From the NCBI RefSeq assembly GCF_988242995.1, contig NZ_OZ547043.1: 64,000 nt of DNA. One strand, written 5' to 3'. The notes below the pieces were generated by a model that did no database searches, was not told the origin of the DNA, and was given only the letters and a program-made list of their open reading frames with translations. Position numbers and translations under genes: made by a program. The number at the start of each line of letters is the position of its first letter. Positions within the stretch are counted from its first letter, which is position 1. Positions 12,701 to 21,259 of this stretch are shown piece after piece.

Positions 12701-13048
12701 GAAAGCGTGCAAAAACTGCGGCTGGCGGGATGTCGGATCGTATTCAGTCAGGTGGGCCGCGATCTGCAAATCTTCAACTCGCTGAAAGCGAATATGGCAG
12801 ATTACCTGCTACTTGATGGTGAGTTATGCGCCAACGTGCAGGGAAATTTGATGGATGAGATGCTGATTACGATCATTCAGGGGCACGCTCAGCGGCTCGG
12901 GATGAAGACCATCGCCGGGCCAGTAGTTTTACCCCTGGTGATGGATACGCTTTCTGGCATCGGCGTCGATCTGATTTATGGCGATGTGATTGCCGATGCC
13001 CAACCGCTGGATTTGCTGGTGAATAGCAGTTATTTCGCGATTAACTGA
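9731..13048 (+). CDS. dgcE: Diguanylate cyclase DgcE (MASE1 membrane domain, PAS domains, GGDEF, degenerate EAL)
   Basis: 1105-aa ORF; hydrophobic N-terminus; GGDEF motif (RLGGDEFGLL); C-terminal EAL-like region. Confidence 0.9.
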   Translation: MSKQSQHVLIALPHPLLHLVSLGLVSFIFTLFSLELSQFGTQLAPLWFPTSIMMVAFYRHAGRMWPGIALSCSLGNIAASILLFSTSSLNMTWTTINIVEAVVGAVLLRKLLPWYNPLQNLADWLRLALGSAIVPPLLGGVLVILLTPGDDPLRAFLIWVLSESIGALALVPLGLLFKPHYLLRHRNPRLLFESLLTLAITLTLSWLSMLYLPWPFTFIIVLLMWSAVRLPRMEAFLIFLTTVMMVSLMMAADPSLLATPRTYLMSHMPWLPFLLILLPANIMTMVMYAFRAERKHISESETRFRNAMEYSAIGMALVGTEGQWLQSNKALCQFLGYSQEELRGLTFQQLTWPEDLNKDLQQVEKLISGEINTYSMEKRYYNRNGDVVWALLAVSLVRHTDGTPLYFIAQIEDINELKRTEQVNQQLMERITLANEAGGIGIWEWELKPNIFSWDKRMFELYEIPPHIKPNWQVWYECVLPEDRQHAEKVIRDSLQSRSPFKLEFRIAVKDGIRHIRALANRVLNKEGEVERLLGINMDMTEVKQLNEALFQEKERLHITLDSIGEAVVCIDMAMKITFMNPVAEKMSGWTQEEALGVPLLTVLHITFGDNGPLMENIYSADTSRSAIEQDVVLHCRSGGSYDVHYSITPLSTLDGSNIGSVLVIQDVTESRKMLRQLSYSASHDALTHLANRASFEKQLRILLQTVNSTHQRHALVFIDLDRFKAVNDSAGHAAGDALLRELASLMLSMLRSSDVLARLGGDEFGLLLPDCNVESARFIATRIISAVNDYHFIWEGRVHRVGASAGITLIDDNNHQAAEVMSQADIACYASKNGGRGRVTIYEPQQAAAHSERAAMSLDEQWRMIKENQLMMIAHGVASPRIPQARNLWLISLKLWSCEGEIIDEQTFRRSFSDPALSHALDRRVFHDFFQQAAKAVASKGISIALPLSVAGLSSATLVNELIEQLENSPLPPRLLHLIIPADAILDHAESVQKLRLAGCRIVFSQVGRDLQIFNSLKANMADYLLLDGELCANVQGNLMDEMLITIIQGHAQRLGMKTIAGPVVLPLVMDTLSGIGVDLIYGDVIADAQPLDLLVNSSYFAIN

Positions 13049-13085
13049 GGCGTGCTTCCCCATCGCCTGATGCGGCGTATCAGGC

Positions 13086-13943
13086 CTACAATTCGTCCGT
13101 TCCGTCTGGTTGCCAGCCTTCCGTATACCAGATATGCAACAGCGCATAAGAACGCCAGGGCTTCCAGCGTTCGGCATAACGGCGGATTTGTGCCGGTGTC
13201 ATTCCCGGAAATCGCTGTTTAATCAGATAATCATCCGGCAGGAAAACATCTTTCGCCTGCCAGCCACGTAAGGCGAAATAATTCGCCGTCCAGCGCCCGA
13301 TACCCGGAAAAGTTTGCAGCGTTTTCATCGCTTGCTCTACGTCGCCCGGAATTGTCATTGGTAAGGTGCCCTCCAGCGCCGCATTTGCCAGATTAATCAG
13401 CGCCTCTGCCCGTTTCAACGGCATACCTAACGCTTTTAATGCCTGCGGGTCGGCTGCAGCCAGCCGCTGAGGCGTGGGGAAGCAGACATAATCCGGAAAA
13501 TCATCCAGCCGTTCGCCATAAAGCTGTGCCACTCTGGCGGTCAATTTTGCCGCCATCGCCACGCTCACCAGTTGGCCTAAAATCGCCCGCACGCCCTGCT
13601 CAAAAGCATCAACACTGCCGGGTAAACGCAATCCGGGCCGCGCCGCGCCTAACTTGCCCAACGCACCGTTAACAATCTGCGGGTTACATTGCAGATCAAA
13701 CAGGCGGCTCATTTTCGCCAGACACTCTGCGGCAACAGGTTCTAAACCTGCACTTAAATTTATGTGCAGAGTATGGCGGGCTATATCCGGAATAGCAGTC
13801 ACCACGCCGCGATATTCGCCCACCGCCAGACTACGGGCATAATAATCGTCAGCGACCGTTTCCACACCGTTCACCGCACGGGCGGCGAGAAATCCCAACA
13901 TCCACGACCAGTCATACGGCGGCTGCCAGTTCAGGGTATACAT
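13086..13943 (-). CDS. alkA: 3-methyladenine DNA glycosylase II
   Basis: 285-aa ORF beginning MYTLNWQPPYDWSWMLGFLAARAV; HhH-GPD region (TFPGIGRWTANYFALRG). Confidence 0.9.
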   Translation of the reverse strand: MYTLNWQPPYDWSWMLGFLAARAVNGVETVADDYYARSLAVGEYRGVVTAIPDIARHTLHINLSAGLEPVAAECLAKMSRLFDLQCNPQIVNGALGKLGAARPGLRLPGSVDAFEQGVRAILGQLVSVAMAAKLTARVAQLYGERLDDFPDYVCFPTPQRLAAADPQALKALGMPLKRAEALINLANAALEGTLPMTIPGDVEQAMKTLQTFPGIGRWTANYFALRGWQAKDVFLPDDYLIKQRFPGMTPAQIRRYAERWKPWRSYALLHIWYTEGWQPDGTDEL

Positions 13944-14076
13944 CGCATCTCCTTGTTAATCCGCTTTCAGCATAAACGTTATTCAGACGTTACGCTTTGC
14001 TTTCATATTCCGGTTGTCGCGACGGCAACATTTCGCTAAAGTCACGCCCCTTCTTCACCGGCATGGGGATTATTTC

Positions 14077-15429
14077 GTGTTTATTGGTTTTGATTACGGT
14101 ACAGCAAACTGTTCAGTGGCGGTCATGCGCGACGGTAAGCCGCAATTACTGAAAATGGAAAACGACAGCACGCTGCTGCCTTCAATGCTTTGCGCGCCAA
14201 CGCGTGAAGCGGTAAGCGAATGGCTGTACCGCCATCATGATGTTCCGGCAGACGACGATGAAACGCAGGCGCTGTTGCGTCGGGCGATTCGTTATAACCG
14301 CGAAGAAGATATCGATGTTACGGCGAAAAGCGTGCAGTTCGGTCTTTCCTCACTGGCACAGTACATTGATGATCCAGAAGAAGTGTGGTTTGTGAAATCA
14401 CCAAAATCGTTCCTCGGTGCCAGCGGCTTAAAACCGCAGCAGGTAGCGCTGTTTGAGGATCTGGTCTGCGCAATGATGTTGCACATTCGCCAGCAGGCGC
14501 AGGCACAGCTGCCAGAAGCGATTACTCAGGCGGTGATTGGTCGCCCTATCAACTTCCAGGGGCTTGGCGGCGATGAAGCAAACACCCAGGCGCAGGGGAT
14601 TCTGGAACGCGCGGCGAAGCGTGCCGGGTTTAAGGATGTGGTATTCCAGTACGAGCCGGTCGCGGCTGGGCTGGATTACGAAGCCACCTTGCAGGAAGAA
14701 AAACGGGTGCTGGTGGTGGATATCGGCGGTGGTACGACTGACTGTTCATTGCTGCTGATGGGGCCGCAGTGGCGTTCGCGTCTCGATCGTGAAGCCAGCC
14801 TGCTGGGTCACAGTGGTTGCCGTATTGGCGGTAACGATCTGGATATCGCGCTGGCGTTTAAAAACCTGATGCCGTTACTGGGCATGGGTGGCGAAACCGA
14901 AAAAGGCATCGCCCTGCCTATTCTGCCGTGGTGGAATGCGGTTGCCATCAACGACGTTCCTGCACAGAGTGATTTCTACAGTAGTGCCAACGGTCGTCTG
15001 CTTAACGACCTGGTACGCGATGCCCGCGAACCGGAAAAAGTGGCCCTGTTACAGAAAGTCTGGCGTCAGCGTTTAAGCTATCGCCTGGTACGTAGCGCAG
15101 AAGAGAGCAAAATTGCGCTTTCAAGCGTAGCGGAAACCCGCGCCTCACTGCCGTTTATCAGCGATGAACTGGCTACGCTGATTAGCCAGCAAGGGCTGGA
15201 AAGCGCCCTCAGCCAGCCACTGGCGCGGATTCTGGAACAGGTGCAACTGGCGCTGGATAACGCCCAGGAAAAACCGGATGTTATCTATCTGACCGGCGGT
15301 AGCGCCCGTTCACCGCTGATTAAAAAAGCGCTGACAGAACAGTTGCCGGGCATTCCGATTGCAGGTGGCGATGACTTTGGCTCCGTCACCGCCGGGCTCG
15401 CACGCTGGGCGGAAGTGGTGTTTCGTTAA
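14077..15429 (+). CDS. yegD: Hsp70-family actin-fold ATPase YegD
   Basis: ORF track 14014..15429; likely GTG start at 14077 (VFIGFDYGTANCSVAV..., Hsp70 phosphate-1 motif), giving 450 aa. Confidence 0.8.
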   Translation: MFIGFDYGTANCSVAVMRDGKPQLLKMENDSTLLPSMLCAPTREAVSEWLYRHHDVPADDDETQALLRRAIRYNREEDIDVTAKSVQFGLSSLAQYIDDPEEVWFVKSPKSFLGASGLKPQQVALFEDLVCAMMLHIRQQAQAQLPEAITQAVIGRPINFQGLGGDEANTQAQGILERAAKRAGFKDVVFQYEPVAAGLDYEATLQEEKRVLVVDIGGGTTDCSLLLMGPQWRSRLDREASLLGHSGCRIGGNDLDIALAFKNLMPLLGMGGETEKGIALPILPWWNAVAINDVPAQSDFYSSANGRLLNDLVRDAREPEKVALLQKVWRQRLSYRLVRSAEESKIALSSVAETRASLPFISDELATLISQQGLESALSQPLARILEQVQLALDNAQEKPDVIYLTGGSARSPLIKKALTEQLPGIPIAGGDDFGSVTAGLARWAEVVFR

Positions 15430-15441
15430 TTGAAAACTGGT

Positions 15442-17382
15442 TCAGCAACGGCTTAAATCAGCCTGCGCCTGAGCCAGTTTTTCTGCCGCCTGACGTAACG
15501 GTTCCATCAACGGCATGGTCCGTGCTGGAGCATGAAGGCGGAATCGCTGCAACTCTGTCGCACCGACAGTCAACGCCGATTCCAGCCGATGTCGTTTGGC
15601 GGCCATTTTTGCCATTACCGCTTGTCTGTCTGCAGGCGTTACCGCTTCGTTCGGCCTGAAAACAAAACGGCGTTCGCAACTCGCTTTCCAGTCGATAACC
15701 GCCTGGGTCAGATGATCACCAAAACCTTTCACTTGCTTAACGCTCCGTCGGGTAACGTCTGCCGCCGTTTCAATACCAAAGGACCGTAACGCAGCTTTAC
15801 GCGCAGGGCCAACGCCGGGAATAGAGGCAACATCAATAAAAAATCCCTCCAGAAACTTCTGCTTCTGCCGTTCCCTTGCGGTGTCCTGAAGTGCTGCCAG
15901 AGCGCGTTTCTCTTCTTCCGGTAACCCGAGCATTTCGTCCTTCATTTTTTCGAGCATCGTCCGTTTGGCGATAAAACCTTCCAGCCCGCCCAACCGTTGG
16001 ATCTGGCTGACTAAATGGTCATAGTCCATTTTCGCGCGATTAAACGCCTCACGGCGTTGCTGGATTTCTGCTTTGTACGCTTTGCTTGTCAGGCTGCCAA
16101 TAATCCAGATAGCCGCCAGCACAGGAACCAAAATAATATAACGCGGTTCTGCCTGAAGGCCGCAAAGCAACAGCGATAACGCTGACAGTGCGATCTCAAT
16201 CAGAATGATGTATTCGCGCCGTAACAGGCCTAAAGGAAGCGGCCTGCCAGTCAGTTGGAAATGATCGGGTAATGGCAGTTGCAATGCTGGCGGTGCTACT
16301 GACGCCATCACCATCGCCCAGACTTTCGCCAGCACAAAATCACCGCTGGTGGTAATGACCTCTTCGCCGAGATCAATAAAATAGATAACGCCTTGATTAT
16401 CCAGCGCACACCACGGGCAGTCAGTCAAATGACCGGGGTAAACATGCATTGCCGAAACGGTACATTTCTTTAACTGTTGGCGTAGTAAATCAAGTGCCGC
16501 AACCCACGCTTTTGCCGTCGGACGCCCGGTTGCCACGCCACTTTCCGTGAATGCCTGCTGAAACATGGTTTCAACATCGCCCGGTAACATCGACAGCGGA
16601 ATAGATCGTGGCGGCGGTTTTAAACCACGTCGCTGATTATCTGACGCGTAGGCATAACGGAAATGGGCAATATCCGTCTCCAGTGCATTACCCGCATCAG
16701 AGACAAGCGGTACACCGGAATAAGGATGCCGCCCACCAAACAAGACGTGAAAAATCAGCAACGCAAGGCCAAAATTATCGTGATTCGCGGTGCGTTCAAA
16801 GCCGACAAATGATGGCAAGGTTTGCAGCTCTGGCGGCGTAAAATGCGACACGCCGACTTCGCATAAATGCAGCGTGCCATTGGCGTTAATCTGAAAGGAG
16901 TCGCTATCAATCAACACCACTTTGCTGTCGCGACCTACCATAAAACTGTTCTGGTTTACGTCACCCACGACGTGCCCGTGCTCGTGAACCGTAGCAAAAG
17001 ATGAAGCAATATTGCGCGCAACATAGAGTAGAAAATCCCACGCACAATGAGGGTAACGTTGACGACGATGTGCCGGGCTATAGATCATATGAATCGGTTC
17101 TTTACCAGAAACTTTTGGCATCATAAAACCGATAACTTTTCCGCCTCGTCCACCGTGAAGCGTTGCCTGCGGCCAGGCGACATAATTCAACAATTGCGCG
17201 TCAGCTGTCGCAGCCATAAAGGCAAGTTTGTCCTGTTTTAAGGCGGGTGGCGGCGTGTGATAAATCTTGGCGACGCTATCGACAAACTCATTGATATCAT
17301 AAACCGCGCCTTCACCGCCTTTGCCCAGTTCACGGCCTGGCGTAACGCACTCACCAGTAGCAGTATATAAAGTGGGTTTCAT
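15442..17382 (-). CDS. yegI: Eukaryotic-like Ser/Thr protein kinase YegI
   Basis: ORF track 15442..17391; ATG at 17382 overlaps the pphC stop (ATGA); kinase-like N-terminal region, TM segment and C-terminal domain. Confidence 0.85.
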   Translation of the reverse strand: MKPTLYTATGECVTPGRELGKGGEGAVYDINEFVDSVAKIYHTPPPALKQDKLAFMAATADAQLLNYVAWPQATLHGGRGGKVIGFMMPKVSGKEPIHMIYSPAHRRQRYPHCAWDFLLYVARNIASSFATVHEHGHVVGDVNQNSFMVGRDSKVVLIDSDSFQINANGTLHLCEVGVSHFTPPELQTLPSFVGFERTANHDNFGLALLIFHVLFGGRHPYSGVPLVSDAGNALETDIAHFRYAYASDNQRRGLKPPPRSIPLSMLPGDVETMFQQAFTESGVATGRPTAKAWVAALDLLRQQLKKCTVSAMHVYPGHLTDCPWCALDNQGVIYFIDLGEEVITTSGDFVLAKVWAMVMASVAPPALQLPLPDHFQLTGRPLPLGLLRREYIILIEIALSALSLLLCGLQAEPRYIILVPVLAAIWIIGSLTSKAYKAEIQQRREAFNRAKMDYDHLVSQIQRLGGLEGFIAKRTMLEKMKDEMLGLPEEEKRALAALQDTARERQKQKFLEGFFIDVASIPGVGPARKAALRSFGIETAADVTRRSVKQVKGFGDHLTQAVIDWKASCERRFVFRPNEAVTPADRQAVMAKMAAKRHRLESALTVGATELQRFRLHAPARTMPLMEPLRQAAEKLAQAQADLSRC

Positions 17383-18140
17383 GGTAACCACAGCGCCAGT
17401 GCCAACGTTTTATCATCATCCGTACGCTCGTTTACCGCCGGGCTGGACAAAAACTGCTTTAACAATTCAGGTAATAAATCGAGTTGTTCCTGCGTTGCTG
17501 ACGCCAGTCCATTGAAAAACGGGGTAAAGAAAGGTACATGAGGAGAATTATCCAGCATATTTAACGCCAGTCGCTGGATACCATCCGTAAATGCTGCAAC
17601 TTTGTGCGCACGCCCAGTGCTGGTGAAAGTTTCCAGTCTGGAAACGGCATCTTCGTCGGTAATGAAGTGCGTCATATTGGCATATTCACCCACCATCGGC
17701 GTGAGAGGCAATTGCAGACCGTGACCCAAATCTACCACCATGCCGCCATCGCCAATCTGCATAATCAAGGTGCCGTCAGGCGATGAAATCAGTCCCAGAA
17801 ATGTACAGGCAAAATCGCGAACCGCTAATTCTTTGGCTTCCGCCTCGGCAAAAAGTCGTTGACGAATGGTCAGCACAATATCCGTGGCGAGGACATCATT
17901 AAGCCCCAATTCCCCGCCCTGCACTTTTTGCGACATATAAGCCATCGCTTCATTGACGGCGAGCATCGCGCCTTCGCCACCCTGCGAGACACTGCCTGCG
18001 CCATCAGCGACAAATACCGACAATAATGGCTGCTGGTCATTTAACCAGGCAACCTGCATCTGGCAGGCATCCTGGCAAGGCAAGTCCGCGCTGATGTGCG
18101 ACGTTCCAACGGTTGATGCATAGACCAGACGCCAGCTCAC
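17379..18140 (-). CDS. pphC: PP2C-family protein phosphatase PphC (YegK)
   Basis: 253-aa ORF; PP2C-like acidic motifs ([12 protein letters not shown]); translationally coupled to yegI and yegL. Confidence 0.85.
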   Translation of the reverse strand: MSWRLVYASTVGTSHISADLPCQDACQMQVAWLNDQQPLLSVFVADGAGSVSQGGEGAMLAVNEAMAYMSQKVQGGELGLNDVLATDIVLTIRQRLFAEAEAKELAVRDFACTFLGLISSPDGTLIMQIGDGGMVVDLGHGLQLPLTPMVGEYANMTHFITDEDAVSRLETFTSTGRAHKVAAFTDGIQRLALNMLDNSPHVPFFTPFFNGLASATQEQLDLLPELLKQFLSSPAVNERTDDDKTLALALWLP

Positions 18141-18796
18141 ACTGACGTCCAGCCTTTTGGCGCTTCCAGCACAACTTCCGTTCCCGGCGTGGAGCGGGAA
18201 ACCGAACGCAGCGAACTGGATAACCAGCTAAACAGTTCACGGAATTGTAATCCCTGCAGTGGCAAAGGCTGACGAACGCTGATTTGTGCCAGCGTCTTCA
18301 TATCCGCCCCCTGTACACCAATGGTAAAGAAGGCAAACTTCTTATCTTCTTCCCCCTGAAACACTTTGTTGGCGGCAGCCTGCCACTCATCGGTTGGAGC
18401 GCCATCGGTGATCAGGAAAATCCACGGGCGATAATAGGAAATACCATTTGCACGATACTCACGTTTCCGCTCCTCTACCATATCCAGGGCTTTGGTAATG
18501 GCAGCGCCCATTGGTGTATCGCCCTGGGCAAACAGGATGGGCGGGAAAAAATTAGCGGCGCTGGTAAAGGGTTGTTCCACATGCACCGGGCCGAACGTCA
18601 CAATGCCGAGTTCCACTCTTTTTAAGGCTAGCGAATCGGCAAGCAGTTCATCGCGAAAGGTAACCAATCCGGCGTTAAGTTCATTAATAGGTCTACCACT
18701 CATCGAACCAGAAACATCCAACAGCAAAATGCAGGGGCAACGTGGTTCCGGGTTACTGGCAAAATCGCTGGTGGCAAACGTGATTTGTTCGCTCAT
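18137..18796 (-). CDS. yegL: von Willebrand factor A domain protein YegL
   Basis: 219-aa ORF with vWA MIDAS-type motif (DVSGSMSG); first gene of the yegL-pphC-yegI operon. Confidence 0.85.
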   Translation of the reverse strand: MSEQITFATSDFASNPEPRCPCILLLDVSGSMSGRPINELNAGLVTFRDELLADSLALKRVELGIVTFGPVHVEQPFTSAANFFPPILFAQGDTPMGAAITKALDMVEERKREYRANGISYYRPWIFLITDGAPTDEWQAAANKVFQGEEDKKFAFFTIGVQGADMKTLAQISVRQPLPLQGLQFRELFSWLSSSLRSVSRSTPGTEVVLEAPKGWTSV

Positions 18797-18979
18797 AAGA
18801 AATCCTTTCTTAGAGAATTATCGAGGTCCGGTATCATACCGATTGCAATAATGAAATAAGAGCAAACGAAGAAACTTTCAGAATTAGGCCCGGCGGCGCA
18901 GAAAATTTTGCTATTCGCCTCGCAAGAACGGAGAGCCGTCGATTGACACTAAGGGCGGAGTGACATAATTTCAGGAGTG

Positions 18980-19126
18980 AGGGTTAGGGAGAGGTTTCCC
19001 CCTCCCCCTGGTGTTCTTAGTAAGCCTGGAAGCTAATCACTAAGAGTATCACCAGTATGATGACGTGCTTCATCATAACCCTTTCCTTATTAAAAGCCCT
19101 CTTCTCCGGGAGAGGGTTTCCCGTTT
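18980..19126 (+). ncRNA. sibA: Sib antitoxin sRNA, copy 1 (antisense to ibs copy 1)
   Basis: Sigma70-like promoter TTGACA (18943-18948), 17-bp spacer, TAATTT (18966-18971); intrinsic terminator hairpin CCCTCTTCTCCGGGAGAGGG plus T-tract ending ~19126; fully overlaps ibs on the opposite strand. Ends are approximate. Confidence 0.6.
19017..19076 (-). CDS. ibsA: Type I toxin Ibs, copy 1 (MMKHVIILVILLVISFQAY)
   Basis: 19-codon ORF on the minus strand encoding a hydrophobic Ibs-family peptide; embedded in the first ~330-bp tandem unit. Confidence 0.75.
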   Translation of the reverse strand: MMKHVIILVILLVISFQAY

Positions 19127-19312
19127 CAGCGTCCCGCTGAAATCGTCGGCTTACCTCCTTTCGCCCTGAATGCAGTCTATCGCTAACGCGTGAACAAAAT
19201 AGTTTCCTCTGTGATTATTGCGTAACGACTCGCAAAGAATATTTGCTGGCAGGATCGCAGACTGCAAAGCCTGCGGATTGACAATCTTATCGTGAAGGCA
19301 TAATTTCAGGAG

Positions 19313-19454
19313 TGAGGGTAGAGCGGGGTTTCCCCCGCCCTGGTAGTCTTAGTAAGCGGGGAAGCTTATGACTAAGAGCACCACGATGATGAGTAGCTTC
19401 ATCATGACCCTTTCCTTATTTAAGGCCCCTTCCTCGGGAGGGGCTTTCCCGTTT
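19313..19454 (+). ncRNA. sibB: Sib antitoxin sRNA, copy 2
   Basis: Promoter TTGACA (19278-19283), 17-bp spacer, TAATTT (19301-19306); terminator hairpin GGCCCCTTCCTCGGGAGGGGC plus T-tract ending ~19454. Ends are approximate. Confidence 0.6.
19349..19405 (-). CDS. ibsB: Type I toxin Ibs, copy 2 (MMKLLIIVVLLVISFPAY)
   Basis: 18-codon minus-strand ORF; Ibs-family hydrophobic peptide within the second tandem unit. Confidence 0.75.
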   Translation of the reverse strand: MMKLLIIVVLLVISFPAY

Positions 19455-19640
19455 CAGCGTCCCGCTGAAATCGTCGACTTACCTCCTTTCGCCCTGTATG
19501 CAGTCTATCGCTGACTTGCGGATAAAATAGTTTCCAGTGTGATTATTGCGTAACGTCTCGCAAAGAATATTTGCTGGCAGGATCGCAGACTGCAAAGCCT
19601 GCAGATTGACAATCTTATCGTGAAGGCATACTTTCAGGAG

Positions 19641-19782
19641 TGAGGGTAGAGCGGGGTTTCCCCCGCCCTGGTAGTCTTAGTATGCTGGGTAGCTAATCAC
19701 TAAGAGCACCACGATGATGATCCACTTCATCATGACCCTTTCCTTATTTAAGGCCCCTTCCTCGGGAGGGGCTTTCCCGTTT
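19641..19782 (+). ncRNA. Sib antitoxin sRNA, copy 3
   Basis: Promoter TTGACA (19606-19611), 17-bp spacer, TACTTT (19629-19634); terminator hairpin plus T-tract ending ~19782. Ends are approximate. Confidence 0.55.
19677..19733 (-). CDS. Type I toxin Ibs, copy 3 (MMKWIIIVVLLVISYPAY)
   Basis: 18-codon minus-strand ORF, paralogous to copies 1 and 2, within the third tandem unit. Confidence 0.7.
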   Translation of the reverse strand: MMKWIIIVVLLVISYPAY

Positions 19783-19940
19783 CAGCGTCCCGCTGAAATC
19801 GTCGGCTTACCTCCTTTCGCCATGCAAGCAGTCTATCGCTAACGCGTAGATAAAATAGTTTCATGTGTTATTACTGGATGCGTGCTCGCAAATGTGCCCG
19901 TCATTCAGACGATTCCCGACAGTGTTTCATAATTCCTCCA

Positions 19941-19958
19941 TTTTTCTCCCTTATTGGC
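19941..19958 (+). promoter_or_regulatory. BaeR box upstream of mdtA (TTTTTCTCCCTTATTGGC)
   Basis: Near match to the BaeR binding consensus TTTTTCTCCATDATTGGC, about 55-70 bp upstream of the mdtA start. Confidence 0.6.
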
Positions 19959-20011
19959 TGGCTACACTAGTATCATTCCGCGAAACGTTTCAGGAAGAGA
20001 AACTCTTAACG

Positions 20012-21259
20012 ATGAAAGGCAGTTATAAATCCCGTTGGGTAATCGTAATCGTGGTGGTTATCGCCGCCATCGCCGCATTCTGGTTCTGGCAAGGCCGCAA
20101 TGACTCCCGGAGTGCAGCCCCAGGGGCGACGAAACAAGCGCAGCAATCGCCAGCGGGTGGTCGCCGTGGTATGCGTTCCGGCCCATTAGCCCCGGTTCAG
20201 GCGGCGACCGCCGTAGAACAGGCTGTTCCGCGTTACCTCACCGGGCTTGGCACCATTACCGCCGCTAATACTGTTACGGTGCGCAGCCGCGTGGACGGTC
20301 AACTGATGGCGTTACATTTCCAGGAAGGCCAGCAGGTCAAAGCAGGCGATTTACTGGCAGAAATTGACCCCAGCCAGTTCAAAGTTGCATTAGCACAAGC
20401 CCAGGGCCAACTGGCAAAAGATAAAGCCACGCTTGCCAACGCCCGCCGTGACCTGGCGCGTTATCAGCAACTGGCAAAAACCAATCTCGTATCTCGTCAG
20501 GAACTGGATGCCCAACAAGCGCTGGTCAGTGAAACCGAAGGCACCATTAAGGCTGATGAAGCAAGCGTCGCCAGCGCGCAGCTGCAACTCGACTGGAGCC
20601 GCATCACCGCACCAGTCGATGGTCGCGTTGGTCTCAAGCAGGTTGATGTTGGTAACCAAATCTCCAGTGGTGATACCACCGGGATTGTGGTGATCACCCA
20701 GACGCATCCTATCGATTTGCTCTTTACCCTGCCGGAAAGCGATATCGCTACCGTAGTACAGGCGCAAAAAGCCGGAAAACCGCTGGTTGTTGAAGCCTGG
20801 GATCGCACCAACTCGAAGAAATTAAGTGAAGGCACGCTGTTAAGTCTCGATAACCAAATCGATGCCACTACCGGTACGATTAAAGTGAAAGCACGCTTTA
20901 ATAATCAGGATGATGCGCTGTTTCCCAATCAGTTTGTTAACGCGCGTATGTTAGTCGACACCGAACAAAACGCCGTGGTGATCCCCACCGCCGCTCTGCA
21001 AATGGGCAACGAAGGCCATTTTGTCTGGGTGCTGAATAGCGAAAACAAGGTCAGCAAACATCTGGTGACGCCGGGCATTCAGGACAGTCAGAAAGTGGTG
21101 ATCCGCGCAGGTATTTCTGCGGGCGACCGCGTAGTGACAGACGGCATTGATCGCCTGACCGAAGGGGCGAAAGTGGAAGTAGTGGAAGCCCAGAGCGCCA
21201 CCACTCCGGAAGAGAAAGCCACCAGCCGCGAATACGCGAAAAAAGGAGCACGCTCCTGA
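20012..21259 (+). CDS. mdtA: RND efflux membrane-fusion protein MdtA
   Basis: ORF track 19865..21259; start set to ATG 20012 ([19 protein letters not shown]...), giving 415 aa. Confidence 0.9.
   Translation: MKGSYKSRWVIVIVVVIAAIAAFWFWQGRNDSRSAAPGATKQAQQSPAGGRRGMRSGPLAPVQAATAVEQAVPRYLTGLGTITAANTVTVRSRVDGQLMALHFQEGQQVKAGDLLAEIDPSQFKVALAQAQGQLAKDKATLANARRDLARYQQLAKTNLVSRQELDAQQALVSETEGTIKADEASVASAQLQLDWSRITAPVDGRVGLKQVDVGNQISSGDTTGIVVITQTHPIDLLFTLPESDIATVVQAQKAGKPLVVEAWDRTNSKKLSEGTLLSLDNQIDATTGTIKVKARFNNQDDALFPNQFVNARMLVDTEQNAVVIPTAALQMGNEGHFVWVLNSENKVSKHLVTPGIQDSQKVVIRAGISAGDRVVTDGIDRLTEGAKVEVVEAQSATTPEEKATSREYAKKGARS

Noticed and set aside
13049-13090. REP-like palindrome (GCCTGATGCGGCGTATCAGGC) between dgcE and alkA
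   Set aside because: Short and overlaps the alkA stop; probably a single REP or terminator, too uncertain to list as a feature.
18940-19800. Tandem ~330-bp repeats that could be taken for a CRISPR array or IS remnants
   Set aside because: Repeat unit is far longer than CRISPR repeats, there are no short spacers, and each unit contains a recognisable ibs ORF with antisense promoter and terminator; this is the ibs/sib type I TA family.
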